64,000 nucleotides of DNA from a virus. Lineage: Duplodnaviria > Caudoviricetes. The first letter of the stretch is position 1, and every line of letters starts with the position of its first letter. The stretch lies in the IMG/VR virus record IMGVR_UViG_3300020177_000966. One strand, written 5' to 3'. The notes under the pieces are model-generated. The model did no database searches and had not been told where the DNA came from. It was given only the letters and a program-made list of their open reading frames with translations. This document shows, one piece after another, positions 12,201 to 21,825 of the stretch. Made by a program: the position numbers and the translations under genes.

Positions 12201-15200
12201 TAAACACAAATGATGTAAAATTATCATTACTAAACTATGATGATATATTAGATCAATCTATTTCAGCAATAAACACAGGTGAGTTTGTTTGGACAGCTAA
12301 TAATAAAAGTCAACAAACATGGAGTGTATACAAACACGCTACAACCGATTATGTAATTAAAAGTGTAACAGCAACATCAAATGGCACTTTTACTATTACT
12401 CTAAATCGCAAAACAAACTTTATTGTTGGTGACATTATTGGAGTTGTTGATACTAATGAAACCACAGACGGATTTTATAAAATTGCAGAGATTAATCTTA
12501 ATAAGATTACATTATCAACAACCGGTGAATCAACCGAGTTAGATGATATTAAAGGATATGTTACTTACTTTAAGCCAGTTAGATTGTCGAGATTATCAGA
12601 CGCAAATGCTATTATCGATGCACCTACTACGTTCTCATTAAGCGGTGATACATCTATCACTGACACTATTTGGGTAGATGACGACGATACAGGAAAATGG
12701 ATTGTATTAAAAAATAAACAAGTATACGAATTAAAACCAGACATTAAAAATGTTACAGCAGGTTTGTTAGATAGTACAGACAAAGATTTTGGTTCTGATA
12801 TCAGTGTTACAGAAAATAACAATACAATAGCAGTTTCGGCACCTAAAGACTTAAATGGTAGTGTTTATGTGTTTGCTAGACCTAGCGACAATACTGAATT
12901 TGGCCTTAGACAACAAATTGATGAATTTACAGGAATATTTGAATCCGGTGGCGGATTTGGATCAAGTGTTTCAATTTCACCAGACGGAGAATATCTTGCT
13001 ATAGGTTCTCCTAATGCATCTAATGTTAAGAGTAAATTTAGAGGCGATTATAAAAACACAGTAGCTTATAACATTAATGATATTGTATTGTACAGATCAC
13101 AGTTGTGGAAATCTAGAAAAGTTCAAGATGCTGACTCAATACAACAATTCTTAAGTCATGCATCAAACCAACAAAGTAAGATTGACGAATATGATAGCGA
13201 TGATCAATCTTATCCTGATGTTGAATATATGGTTAGAGGAAATTATACTATTAATGATGCGCCTGCTGATCATATTTTAATTAGAGCGCAAACTGAACAA
13301 TTTGAAGGAACTAAGCCCGGAGATGTACTTGAGCTAAAATGGAATAGATATACAACTACAACATCAGCAGGAATTGCACCGTTTAACGGAGACTCAGTTT
13401 TAAATGAAACATTTATTAACGGTAGTCATGAAATTGTTCATAAAGTAGAAGCTATTGTACATATTCAAAGTGCATTATCAATACCTGAGTCTGGAAGTGA
13501 TATTACTACTGATACTGCAAAAGCAACTATTGCTTATCGTTATGTAAACGATGAAAATCAAATGACTATCTATCTAAACAATCTAAACGGAGCATTTTTA
13601 GATACAGGGTCAATTTACCAAAACGGTGTGTTAGTTGGTGATTATGAAAGACAATTAAAAATTACAGACAATTATCATGCAGGATGGTGGCACATTAATG
13701 TAGGTTCAGAATTTAGTACAACTGAACTTGTAGAAACAAATGCTAACTTAGTAGTAACTGATATTAAATTAGAAAATGAAATAAGATCTAACTCACTCTT
13801 TACGAATATTTTAGATATTAAGAGATTAGCAAACACTACTACTCCTACATTTCCTTCAGAATTTGGCATACTGTCTCATAGACAAGGACAAACAGGAACG
13901 GTTATAATTGATGGCCGTTGGTGGTTTAGAACATCTACACAACATTATACTGATACATCAGTTAATGACGAAGTTAGTTTTTGGTTAAATCAAATTAGAG
14001 TAAACGGTAACGTACAAGATCCGCAACCTGTATTAGGATTAAGTTTTGATTATCTTAATAACTCAATCCATACCGTAGCTGATAAGTGGAACGGTTGGCT
14101 TGAAGTTAGATTAACAAACTTTGACTTATCAGGTAACCCATTTATTCCTTCTATTGGAACACAACTTATTGATAGTGCAACTGGTGAAACCGCAGAAGTT
14201 GCATGGATTGAACGAGCGTTTGGCGTAGCAAAAATTTATTTAAAAAATAAATCAGGACAGTGGGCGTTTGGTAGCGACTACGGACAAAACTCTACAGCAC
14301 AGTTTGTAGAAAACGATTCAACACTAAGAACAATTGGTCCTATTAATTCATGTCATCTTGAAAATGATATTAGTGGTGGATTAATTGTTATTGACACTAA
14401 TACTAACATTCCAGTTCCACCTAATCAAACATATCTAAGAGATTTAGAGTACTGGCACTACAGTTCAAACACAATTGACGGTATTTTAGAAACAGCAGAA
14501 ACACCGTCTTCATTAAACTTAGACTGGACAAGAGTTTACAATATTCCTGTAACAACATCAGGTTATGAAAGTGGAAACGATTCTGAAGGCACATTTGCAA
14601 TTTATAAAAAGACAGGATCTATATATCAACTTGTTAACTATTATACTGTTCCCAACTCTGATAATTTTAGAAAATTAGGAGCAAGTTGTAAGTTTGTACA
14701 GAAATCTTCAACATCTTACCGCTTGTTTGTTCTTGCTAAAGGAAATAATACCGAAGAAAATCAAGGTAGAATTTACTTCTTTGATAAAAACGAAACAGAA
14801 GATTGGAATTTAGGTATTGAACCGTTGTATAGAGGTATGCATAGTGTAAACGCTACTTACTTTGACGGCGAGTATGTAAGATTCGGAGATTCTATCTACG
14901 AAGCAAAAACTAATATAACACCTGGCGCATTTAATTTAGCAGAATGGGCAGAAATTAATTCAGGAGTAGACTTACTAGGGTATGTTCCTAATGATACAAA
15001 CTATTCTATTACAGAAAGTACATTAGAACAGCAATTCTTAGAAGAGATTGGCGAAGAGTTTGATACTAGCTCACTAGGAGAAGTCTTAGTATTAACTGCT
15101 AGATATACAAATCCTGATGATAGTAGTGTTCCTAACAGAAAAGTTGTAGTTTATAAGTTAGTAAATGATCAATATGTTTATAGTCAATTACTAGAACCAT

Positions 15201-18200
15201 TTAATTTAAGCGAAAATTACGGAAGTTCAATTGCAGTTTCTAACGATGGTAAAAAAATTGCAGTCGGCGCCCCTTATAATAGTGATATTTCACTTAATGG
15301 CGGAGCAGTATACGTTTATATTTTAAAAGACGGAGTATATACATTTACTCAAACACTTCGTCCTAAAGATTTAACAGATAATACACAATTTGGATTTAAA
15401 TTAGACTTCGATGGCAATACTCTTGCTATTACTTCTAAAGGTGGCGATATTATTAAGTATACTACATTTGATGTTGAGTTAACAACATTCGACGGCGATG
15501 CAACTAAACTTAATACTGTTGACAATGATAGTGGACTAGTGTCAATATACGAAACAATAAATGACACACTACTTTACGGACAAGACTTTTCATATGATAG
15601 AGATACTGAAAACTTTGGAAATATTATCAAAGTTAAAAATAATCACATATATTTAGGATTACCAGATCAAACAGTTACAACAAACAATACTGTTGATAAA
15701 GGTGTAGTTGCAGAATTTAGAAAGCCACTGAACTCAACGAGTTGGTCAATTGTAACATCGCCTGTACTACCTGCAGATCTTAGCAAGTTTAAAGGTGTGT
15801 ATCTTTATAACAAAACAAATAATGCACAAGTTGCATATCTCGACTATATTGATCCTATCCAAGGAAAAATTGCAGGTGTAGCTGAACAAGAAATATCTTT
15901 TAAAACTAGTTACGATCCTGCAAGATATACAATATCAACTGCTACAGGTGTAACACCGCAACCATTAGATTACACAAGTACAAAATGGGTTGGTAAATTA
16001 TGGTGGGATATTGATAGTGCTAGATTTATCAATCATCATCAGGGAGATATTACAGAATCAACTGCAACCTTTAATAAGTTGTACCCTGGTACTACAGTCG
16101 ATGTATATGAGTGGGTTGAGAGCAAATTAAGACCTAGTGAATGGGATACACAATCAGAAACAGAAGCAGGACTTGCTAAAGGTATTAGTGGTACATCAAA
16201 ATACGGTGATAGTGCATATTCTGTTAGACGCAAGTATAATAGTGCATCACAAACATTTACAACTTATTACTATTACTGGGTTAAGAATAAAGCAACAATC
16301 CCGGCAATTGAAACTAGAAAGTTATCAGCATTGTCTGTTTCAAGGATAATTAGTAATCCAGAAAATTCAAATATTAAGTTTGTTGCAATCTTAAGTAATA
16401 ATAGATTCGCAATTTATAACTGCGAATCTTTAATTAAAGATAAAGATATAGCGATCAGTTTTAACTGGTGGACAATAGATAACCAACAGCAAAATACACA
16501 TATTCAGTATCAGTTAATCAGTGACGGATTGGAAACTAGTCGTCCAAATAGTACAATTGAACAAAAATGGATTGATAGTTTAGTAGGATTTGACACTAAT
16601 GATAGACCGGTGCCTGATATTAATCTTCCAATTAAACAAAAATACGGATCTCTTAACGAACCTAGACAGAGTTGGTTTATTAATAAAACTGAAGCAAGAA
16701 AACAATTTGTTGAACGTGCAAATAAAATATTAGCAAACAATCTAATTGTTGACGAGTTTGATTTAACAAAATTAACAGATAGCGATCCTTTACCAACTAT
16801 CGCAACAGGTATATTTGATACAACTTCAGATTCATATGCAGAACTAAGATTTGTAAGTATTGCAAAAGTTAGACCTGCTACCTTACAACTTGAAATTGAA
16901 AACGGTGTTATCATTAATGTTTTAATTACAGACCCGGGACAAGGATATATCAACCCACCAACATACATTATTACAGATACACTAGGATCTGAAGGCGAGT
17001 TAGAGTTTACCCTAAACGCCAACGGAGGAATTAACAGTGTTAGGATTATTAATTCTGGTAAAAACTATACAAATAATGTTAAAATTTCTATTAGAAAATT
17101 TGCAGTATTGGTTAAGAGCGATGAGTCCATTAACGGTAAGTGGAGTGTATATCAATATGTATTAGGTGAATGGCAAAGAGTTCTTACTCAAAGCTATGAT
17201 GTAAATCTTTACTGGAAATACAAAGACTGGTATGATACAGGTTATAATCAATTTACATTAATCAATTATACACTTGAAGGCAGTTACCAAATTTATGGTC
17301 TTGCAGATAATATAGGTGATGTAATTAAAATTAGTAACGTTGGATCTGGCGGTTGGTTACTATTAGAAAAAATAGCTAACGAAGATACTGTTGATTATAG
17401 TGTTAACTATAAAACTATTGGTAGAGAAAGCGGTACAATTGAATTACTTGATTCTCTATACGATGTAACAAGTGACAATGTTGCATATGATGGCGCAAGT
17501 TTTGATAAAATATTTTATGATACAGAACCCGTTGCTGAATTTAGAAAAATAATTACTATCCTTAGAGATAACATTTTTATTGATCAATTACAGCTTCACT
17601 GGAATGAGATGTTCTTTGCAGGATTAAGATATGTATTCTCAGAACAACCAAATGTCGATTGGGCATTTAAAACAAGTTTTGTTAAGGCTAAACATAACAT
17701 CGGTGAACTAGAACAAAAAGTTACTTTCCAAAATGATAACTTATCTAGTTATGAAGATTATGTAGAAGAAATGAAACCTTATAAAACTAAAATTAGAGAA
17801 TACATTTCATCATATGAAAAAATTGATCCGGCTAATAATGTAGTTACTGATTTTGATCTAGCACCAGTGTATAATGAACAAGAAGGAAGAATTATTCCGC
17901 AGAGTGTTCAAGTTGTTAATAATGAAATTATTGCAGGTGTTGCTAATACTACAACATATCCTAGCAAACATTGGTTAGATAATGTTGGATTTGAATTAAC
18001 ACAAATTAACATTGCTGATGCTGGCAGTGGTTATACAAGTGCTCCTAAACTAGTAATTAGTGGCGGCGGCGGTACAGGTGCAACTGCTCAAGCATTTGTT
18101 GGTAACGGACAAATTACAAGTGTGCTAGTAACTAATTCAGGCAGTGGATACTTGTCTCAACCGACAATTGATATAATTGGATCATTAGAGGACGGCGGCA

Positions 18201-21193
18201 CAGAAGCAAGACTAAGTCCGGTACTAGGAAACGGTAAAGCAAGATCTACACATATTAGATGCAAATTTGACAGAGTAACAAAAACATATCTATTCCAAAC
18301 ACTGAGCGAAATAGAAACATTTGCGACAACATTAGATCAATTAGAAATTGATTTAAAATGGCCAATGCAATTAAAAACTACACAAGTTACAGTTACTATT
18401 GATGGTCTTGAATCGTTGCGTAGTGAATATACTTTCTCTAATGTTAAGGATACTACAAAAGGATATACAAGATACTTTGGTAGAATTTCATTTACAAATG
18501 CACTAGATGCTAATAAAGAAGTAATTGTAACATATAATAAAGCACCTGACTTATTGCAAGCACAAGATAGAATTAATTTATATTACAATCCAAACACAGG
18601 AATGTATGGAAATGATCTAGGACAACTTTTAGATGGAATTGATTACGGCGGAGTCGAAGTAACTAGCTTTGACTTTGGCGGCGGCTCTGGCTGGGATAGT
18701 GACGGGTGGTTTACTTCAACATACGATACATTTGATACAACATTCGAAGATGAAATTTTCCAATTTGGAGACGACAGTACAAGAATATTAACTTTTGGAT
18801 CTCCTCTAGAAGTAGGAGCAATTTATAACATCTATAGAAATGGTGTAAGAATTGATGATCCTAATTATCCAGATAATCCAACTAATCCAAATGCATTAAT
18901 TGCTAGTGTTACTGGAGCAGGACAAACAGGAATTGCTATAACAGATGACGGAGATATAGTAGAAGATACTATTATTGTGTTTGACGAAGATATTATACCG
19001 TTAAGTTCGGGCGACATTTTAGTATTTAGAAAAACAACTTCCGACGGAAGTTTCTTACCAGATCCTAGATCTTATGATACTATTTTAAGCGGTGGTGACT
19101 TACAGTTTAATACTGCAAGAGGATTTAATCCAGAAGAGATTATAGTAGACGGCGACGGATTTGTAACACCGACTACATCTAAAGGACCGGAAGAGCAAGT
19201 TCCAGGACAAATTTTAGATGCAGTTGATATTAGAGTATTCCATAGACCAGAAGCCGGCGGCAGTATTCTAACTAGTAATTCTTACAGAGCTAACGGAACT
19301 GAAATTGTATTTGAATTTGGAATTCAACCTCAAAATGATAAAGGTTTAATTGTAAAACTTGATTCTGTAATACAACCTTCAACTGTTTACGATGTAAATT
19401 ACAAAAATAAAACAGTTACATTTAAAACTGTACCTGCGAGTGGAACACTAATAAACATTGTAAGTATTAGCGGAAACGGACAAGATTTACTAGAAGAAGG
19501 TCAGTATGTTGCAGACGGAAGTACTAGTGCATTTACTACTAAAGCAAAATATTCTAAAGAATTAGATTTTTATGTAACAGTTGACGGCGGAGAAGTAGAA
19601 GCTGTACTTGTTGATGATAACGAAAAGGCGCAAATACTTTTTGGCTCTCCACCAAAAGATCAAAGTCTTGTTAGTTATTTTGTTTATAGTAAAACAGATG
19701 CGTTTAGTAAGATTGAAGTTGAAGAATTTGTAGGTGATGGAAGTACTAAGTTGTTTGATTTAACAAAAACTCCTTACAGTGCTATTCCGAATAGTCATAA
19801 TGTTATTGTCAAACAAGGAAACCGTTTGTTAAATCCTGGTTATAACCAGCAATTTGATGTAACTACTGCACAAAGAGAATATTTCTTAGAAATATGGCAA
19901 ACTCCAGTTGGTAGCTTTGATGCGTCAGATGTATTATTTGTTTTAAACGGCAAAGAATTAACAATTGCAGTTGAATATAATATTAGACCTTCAAATAGTA
20001 GCGTTATCCTAGAACCAGGTATTGGCAAAGACGGCGATATTTTAGAAGCATATATTGTCACTGACGGTGATTATGCGTTCGGAAGCATCCAACAAATCAA
20101 CAATCAAAATACTTGGGTTGACAGTGGTAAAACATTACAGCTTAAAGTTGCTCCTGAGATAGGAGAAACACTAACAGTTTATACATTTAACAAGCACGAT
20201 AGTATGGGATTTGAAAGAATTAATTACGATATTGTTGCAAGAGAAACATTGGTTGTTGGTACTGAAGACTATATTCAATTTAACCATATTAAAAATGGAT
20301 TAATTAAACTTAGATATCCTGCTGTAGAAGTGCAGTATGTTTGGTTAACAGTAAACGGAGTTTTACAAACACCTAGTGTTGATTATACATTAACTACAGA
20401 TAAACAGTATCTAAGATATAAACAAAGTTTTGTAGACAACGATGTTGTTGAGATAATACAGTTTAGTGCTGTTGGACAGATTACACCTAAGTTTGGATTT
20501 AGTCAGTTTAAAGATATTCTTAATAGAAACATCTATAAGCGTCTAGGCGATGTTCAACCTTATAAACTTGCAGAGCCGTTATATACATTTGATAAACAAA
20601 TTGTATTAGATAATGCAAATGGATTAAGTTCACCGGATAAGAATAGCAAGACTCCAGGAATTATTTTTGTTAACGGAGAACGAATTGAATATCTAATCAA
20701 GGATGGCAATACATTAAAACAAATTCAAAGAGGTACATTAGGTACAGGAGTTCCAACAGAACACTTAATAGGTAGTGATGTATACAATGCAAATCAGATG
20801 CAAACAGCACCGTATGCTGATAAAACTATTGTTGATGAAATTGTAGCAGACGGTACATCTAGTGTGTTTGAACTTGGATTTACGCCAATAAGCATTAACG
20901 AGTTTGAAGTATTTGTAGGCGGCCGCAGACTACGTAAGAATGCAATACAGAGTTTTGATTATACACTTAATCAAGATAGTCCAGAAGCAGATGTTACATT
21001 AGCGGCAGAATTTAGTGTAGACGGTACAACACCATTCGTAAGTCTGTTAAATACACCAGCAGAAGGAATTAAAATTCAAATTGTAAGACGTCAAGGTACT
21101 CTTTGGACAGAAACACCAGGAATTACACTATTTGATTCGGAAACTTTAGTAGCACGTTTCTTTAAGGCAGAAAAGGTGGAGCTACCCAAATAA
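6230..21193 (+). CDS. Giant (4987 aa) baseplate/tail-associated structural protein with FG-GAP-like propeller repeats, CBM5/12-like repeats and Ig-like repeats
   Basis: An uninterrupted 15-kb ORF, translationally coupled to the gp6-like gene. Repeats include FGSSVSISPDGEYLAIGSP, YGSSIAVSNDGKKIAVGAP, W....Y..G..V.Y..Y, and [FY].[GA]DGST..F. It also has the GSGYTSAPKLVISGGGGTGATA motif common in large marine myovirus structural proteins. Confidence 0.75.
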   Translation: MAQDENGIPIDDDSKRRTADMLPRYFRTTANKKFLSSTLDQLMQPGVVQKTDGFIGRKNAKAFKTGDNYIAELAGDRRNYQLEPVALVEDTLGNTTFYRDYRDYVNASKIRNGEVDNHSLLNSQEYYAWSPHIDWDKFVNFREYYWLPAGPSSIPVYGSSTEIVSTFTVGKQDNTDNFAYTFNPDVPTSNPTLTLYRGQTYTFDINTVDMPLSIRTSRSVKDDSNLYNVGVSQQSVETGQFTFVVDLESPDYLYYTNDNDIEASGLIIIKNIIDATEINITAEILGKKTYTMQNGYELSNGMRVNFYGKVTPEIYATGTWYVEGVGNSIKLISESDLVITADYLLDQGVEYDMQGFADLPFDEAISYATLKDYIVINRAAKDRNQWSRYNKWTHKTVIETTALINNVPAELDQTYRATRPIIEFEPGLKLFNYGTEAKGAVDLVDTVTTDVFSDIEGQVGYFVDGIELVNGMRVLFTADPDSLVSGKIYEVKFISHNGSRQITLIETTDTTPLENETVLVKSGEKFKGKVFYYTGTVWKQAQDKTSVNQQPLFDLYNDQGIALSTLDGSSFAGNKIFSYKVGTGTNDTELGFPLSYRTIENSGDIVFDFNLLSDTYQYDVLTDVFNVSTDTGLLRKYTDRTTYSSLSGWTKAATKSVQPVIQQPTVDTRTNNFIIDVYDNSATIADLEIKVYVNNNRKKENTDYLIDRFNGYCYINFNNDLTVGDKLVIKTYTKTPKNTRGYYEFPTNLEKNPLNENVESFTLGEVLDHVGSIVDNAKDFNGIFPGSSNLKDLGDVTPLGLRFVQHSGPINLALYNITNKDFDAIRAIRYSGLEYIKFKREFLRVANELGFEGETKVHVDKILQSITEVQTNKDPFYFSDMVPFGSDTLTRHVIEDQSQTVFSLKRGIDFTKLNQYAVLPYFNGSLLVKDRDYTITVDGFLTLNITVTNNDILDVYEFESTDGCWVPPTPTKLGLYPKYTPEIFLDDTYINVVTEVTGPYKVYGRDETTTQSFKGKVGWFYPLFTSEADAIDYDTANGGAGVAHDHVFAGCNQLFFMPSSSANHATIDINSFESWPGAQPMLQGHDGSLWKCYGDYRDRLLLDFERRIYDNLKQQYNENVFDIADFVETRTRKTGFTRYGTARTLISEFNRWLETVGTPDYSANTRFDRTNGFTFSYNKWADVENNSLPGFWRAIYKDFYNTDRPHSHPWEILGLTEKPDWFDTEYGTAPYTRNNLLLWKDMASGIVRAPNEKIVYRNKFKNTLISKYIPTDDQGNLLPPNLSGIALSGLDSSYSDGYVFGDEGPVETAWRRSSHYPFALMASWAINNPAQFFGIAFDVSRIKRNGAGELVYTETSKRIRLDKLKFPNSASDSSRVFTAGIINYIQGYLAQNETLKFSTYQQELTSLQNKLASKIGGFTQKSKFRLILDARTPTNEGNVFVPDENYKIQLTKSIPINVYSYSGMIIEIVPQGYIIRGYDRDLPIFKTYSVIRKNNDRLVRVGGVSESFLNWDTGKFYEVGQIVENNNVYYRVKIGHTSGTSFNLDNFQKLAELPEEGGAQAFFSKNFDTREVVEIPYGTLVSDIQGVVDIILGYQKFLDSNGFKFELFNQNIEEIENWTLSAKEFMFWTTQNWDTGTVITLSPSARQVMFAEAYTVVDDIYNNFYDYSLLKADGKRLLADFATTERDTTNSFGIYVKNTEDGIFHLKVPVVQHEHAVIIDNKTVFNDVIYNRAQGYRQERIKVKGYRSDEWNGSYNIPGFIFDDAKIEDWASWQDYSIGALVKYKQYYYVAKVNVVGTETFNERSFVRLNEKPEQKLLPNWDYKAKQFTDFYDLDSDNFDTEQQRLAQHLIGYQKRRYLENIINDDVSQYKFFQGAIQDKGTKNVLTKLFDKLGSANKDSLEFFEEWAVRIGRYGATTGDDQFDIVFDEARYRMEPQTVELVNEIDPQDTSLVYRLTRNNVYVKSQNYDHKPFPVKYFNDDNSYTKTAGYVNTNDVKLSLLNYDDILDQSISAINTGEFVWTANNKSQQTWSVYKHATTDYVIKSVTATSNGTFTITLNRKTNFIVGDIIGVVDTNETTDGFYKIAEINLNKITLSTTGESTELDDIKGYVTYFKPVRLSRLSDANAIIDAPTTFSLSGDTSITDTIWVDDDDTGKWIVLKNKQVYELKPDIKNVTAGLLDSTDKDFGSDISVTENNNTIAVSAPKDLNGSVYVFARPSDNTEFGLRQQIDEFTGIFESGGGFGSSVSISPDGEYLAIGSPNASNVKSKFRGDYKNTVAYNINDIVLYRSQLWKSRKVQDADSIQQFLSHASNQQSKIDEYDSDDQSYPDVEYMVRGNYTINDAPADHILIRAQTEQFEGTKPGDVLELKWNRYTTTTSAGIAPFNGDSVLNETFINGSHEIVHKVEAIVHIQSALSIPESGSDITTDTAKATIAYRYVNDENQMTIYLNNLNGAFLDTGSIYQNGVLVGDYERQLKITDNYHAGWWHINVGSEFSTTELVETNANLVVTDIKLENEIRSNSLFTNILDIKRLANTTTPTFPSEFGILSHRQGQTGTVIIDGRWWFRTSTQHYTDTSVNDEVSFWLNQIRVNGNVQDPQPVLGLSFDYLNNSIHTVADKWNGWLEVRLTNFDLSGNPFIPSIGTQLIDSATGETAEVAWIERAFGVAKIYLKNKSGQWAFGSDYGQNSTAQFVENDSTLRTIGPINSCHLENDISGGLIVIDTNTNIPVPPNQTYLRDLEYWHYSSNTIDGILETAETPSSLNLDWTRVYNIPVTTSGYESGNDSEGTFAIYKKTGSIYQLVNYYTVPNSDNFRKLGASCKFVQKSSTSYRLFVLAKGNNTEENQGRIYFFDKNETEDWNLGIEPLYRGMHSVNATYFDGEYVRFGDSIYEAKTNITPGAFNLAEWAEINSGVDLLGYVPNDTNYSITESTLEQQFLEEIGEEFDTSSLGEVLVLTARYTNPDDSSVPNRKVVVYKLVNDQYVYSQLLEPFNLSENYGSSIAVSNDGKKIAVGAPYNSDISLNGGAVYVYILKDGVYTFTQTLRPKDLTDNTQFGFKLDFDGNTLAITSKGGDIIKYTTFDVELTTFDGDATKLNTVDNDSGLVSIYETINDTLLYGQDFSYDRDTENFGNIIKVKNNHIYLGLPDQTVTTNNTVDKGVVAEFRKPLNSTSWSIVTSPVLPADLSKFKGVYLYNKTNNAQVAYLDYIDPIQGKIAGVAEQEISFKTSYDPARYTISTATGVTPQPLDYTSTKWVGKLWWDIDSARFINHHQGDITESTATFNKLYPGTTVDVYEWVESKLRPSEWDTQSETEAGLAKGISGTSKYGDSAYSVRRKYNSASQTFTTYYYYWVKNKATIPAIETRKLSALSVSRIISNPENSNIKFVAILSNNRFAIYNCESLIKDKDIAISFNWWTIDNQQQNTHIQYQLISDGLETSRPNSTIEQKWIDSLVGFDTNDRPVPDINLPIKQKYGSLNEPRQSWFINKTEARKQFVERANKILANNLIVDEFDLTKLTDSDPLPTIATGIFDTTSDSYAELRFVSIAKVRPATLQLEIENGVIINVLITDPGQGYINPPTYIITDTLGSEGELEFTLNANGGINSVRIINSGKNYTNNVKISIRKFAVLVKSDESINGKWSVYQYVLGEWQRVLTQSYDVNLYWKYKDWYDTGYNQFTLINYTLEGSYQIYGLADNIGDVIKISNVGSGGWLLLEKIANEDTVDYSVNYKTIGRESGTIELLDSLYDVTSDNVAYDGASFDKIFYDTEPVAEFRKIITILRDNIFIDQLQLHWNEMFFAGLRYVFSEQPNVDWAFKTSFVKAKHNIGELEQKVTFQNDNLSSYEDYVEEMKPYKTKIREYISSYEKIDPANNVVTDFDLAPVYNEQEGRIIPQSVQVVNNEIIAGVANTTTYPSKHWLDNVGFELTQINIADAGSGYTSAPKLVISGGGGTGATAQAFVGNGQITSVLVTNSGSGYLSQPTIDIIGSLEDGGTEARLSPVLGNGKARSTHIRCKFDRVTKTYLFQTLSEIETFATTLDQLEIDLKWPMQLKTTQVTVTIDGLESLRSEYTFSNVKDTTKGYTRYFGRISFTNALDANKEVIVTYNKAPDLLQAQDRINLYYNPNTGMYGNDLGQLLDGIDYGGVEVTSFDFGGGSGWDSDGWFTSTYDTFDTTFEDEIFQFGDDSTRILTFGSPLEVGAIYNIYRNGVRIDDPNYPDNPTNPNALIASVTGAGQTGIAITDDGDIVEDTIIVFDEDIIPLSSGDILVFRKTTSDGSFLPDPRSYDTILSGGDLQFNTARGFNPEEIIVDGDGFVTPTTSKGPEEQVPGQILDAVDIRVFHRPEAGGSILTSNSYRANGTEIVFEFGIQPQNDKGLIVKLDSVIQPSTVYDVNYKNKTVTFKTVPASGTLINIVSISGNGQDLLEEGQYVADGSTSAFTTKAKYSKELDFYVTVDGGEVEAVLVDDNEKAQILFGSPPKDQSLVSYFVYSKTDAFSKIEVEEFVGDGSTKLFDLTKTPYSAIPNSHNVIVKQGNRLLNPGYNQQFDVTTAQREYFLEIWQTPVGSFDASDVLFVLNGKELTIAVEYNIRPSNSSVILEPGIGKDGDILEAYIVTDGDYAFGSIQQINNQNTWVDSGKTLQLKVAPEIGETLTVYTFNKHDSMGFERINYDIVARETLVVGTEDYIQFNHIKNGLIKLRYPAVEVQYVWLTVNGVLQTPSVDYTLTTDKQYLRYKQSFVDNDVVEIIQFSAVGQITPKFGFSQFKDILNRNIYKRLGDVQPYKLAEPLYTFDKQIVLDNANGLSSPDKNSKTPGIIFVNGERIEYLIKDGNTLKQIQRGTLGTGVPTEHLIGSDVYNANQMQTAPYADKTIVDEIVADGTSSVFELGFTPISINEFEVFVGGRRLRKNAIQSFDYTLNQDSPEADVTLAAEFSVDGTTPFVSLLNTPAEGIKIQIVRRQGTLWTETPGITLFDSETLVARFFKAEKVELPK

Positions 21194-21196
21194 ATA
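21191..21196 (+). promoter_or_regulatory. T4-like late promoter core TAAATA
   Basis: aaTAAATAc overlaps the stop of the giant ORF, upstream of 21214. Confidence 0.5.
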
Positions 21197-21213
21197 CAGT
21201 ATAGGAAAAAGGT

Positions 21214-21825
21214 ATGATGGATAACATAAAAGAAGAAAACGGAGTTATGCTCCAAGGACACATTAAAATTTCTAATCCAGAAACGGGCGAAGTTATTGTA
21301 GATAAACGTAATGCAATACATTACGAGAACATGAGTATCTCACTTGCAGAAAGTTTAGCTAACGCAGGACAAGGCTTTATATATCAAATGGCATTTGGTA
21401 ATGGAGGCACAAGCATTGACCCAACTGGAATTATTACATACCTTACACCTAACAGTACGGGTACTAATGCTAGTCTTTATAACCAAACATTTATTAAAGT
21501 AGTTGACGATAGAAGTGTAAACAACACCGACCCTGCTCGTAACAAAATTGAATCAAGACACGTTAGTGGTACAAATTATACAGATATTCTTGTAACTTGT
21601 TTACTTGACTATGGTGAACCAAGTGGCCAAGATGCTGTAGACAACGCTACTAATGCAGATAGTTTATATGTATTTGACGAATTAGGATTAGTAAGTTATA
21701 GTCCTTCAGGTCAAGGTAGACTATTAACACATGTTATTTTCCACCCAGTACAAAAAAGTTTGAATAGACTTATTCAAATCGATTACACTGTGCGTGTACA
21801 AAGTTTATCGGGGTTTAATGAATAA
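21214..21825 (+). CDS. Baseplate/tail structural protein (203 aa)
   Basis: Lies between the giant baseplate protein and the fibres. The G.IKI....GE.IVDKRNAI, MAFGNGG and FDELGL patterns are typical of phage baseplate/fibre-attachment proteins. Confidence 0.55.
   Translation: MMDNIKEENGVMLQGHIKISNPETGEVIVDKRNAIHYENMSISLAESLANAGQGFIYQMAFGNGGTSIDPTGIITYLTPNSTGTNASLYNQTFIKVVDDRSVNNTDPARNKIESRHVSGTNYTDILVTCLLDYGEPSGQDAVDNATNADSLYVFDELGLVSYSPSGQGRLLTHVIFHPVQKSLNRLIQIDYTVRVQSLSGFNE

Noticed and set aside
6230-21193. Intein, intron or stop-codon recoding as an explanation for the giant ORF
   Set aside because: No intein (C/S...HN) or homing-endonuclease motifs were noticed. TAA and TGA end other genes normally, and gene packing is tight under the standard code.
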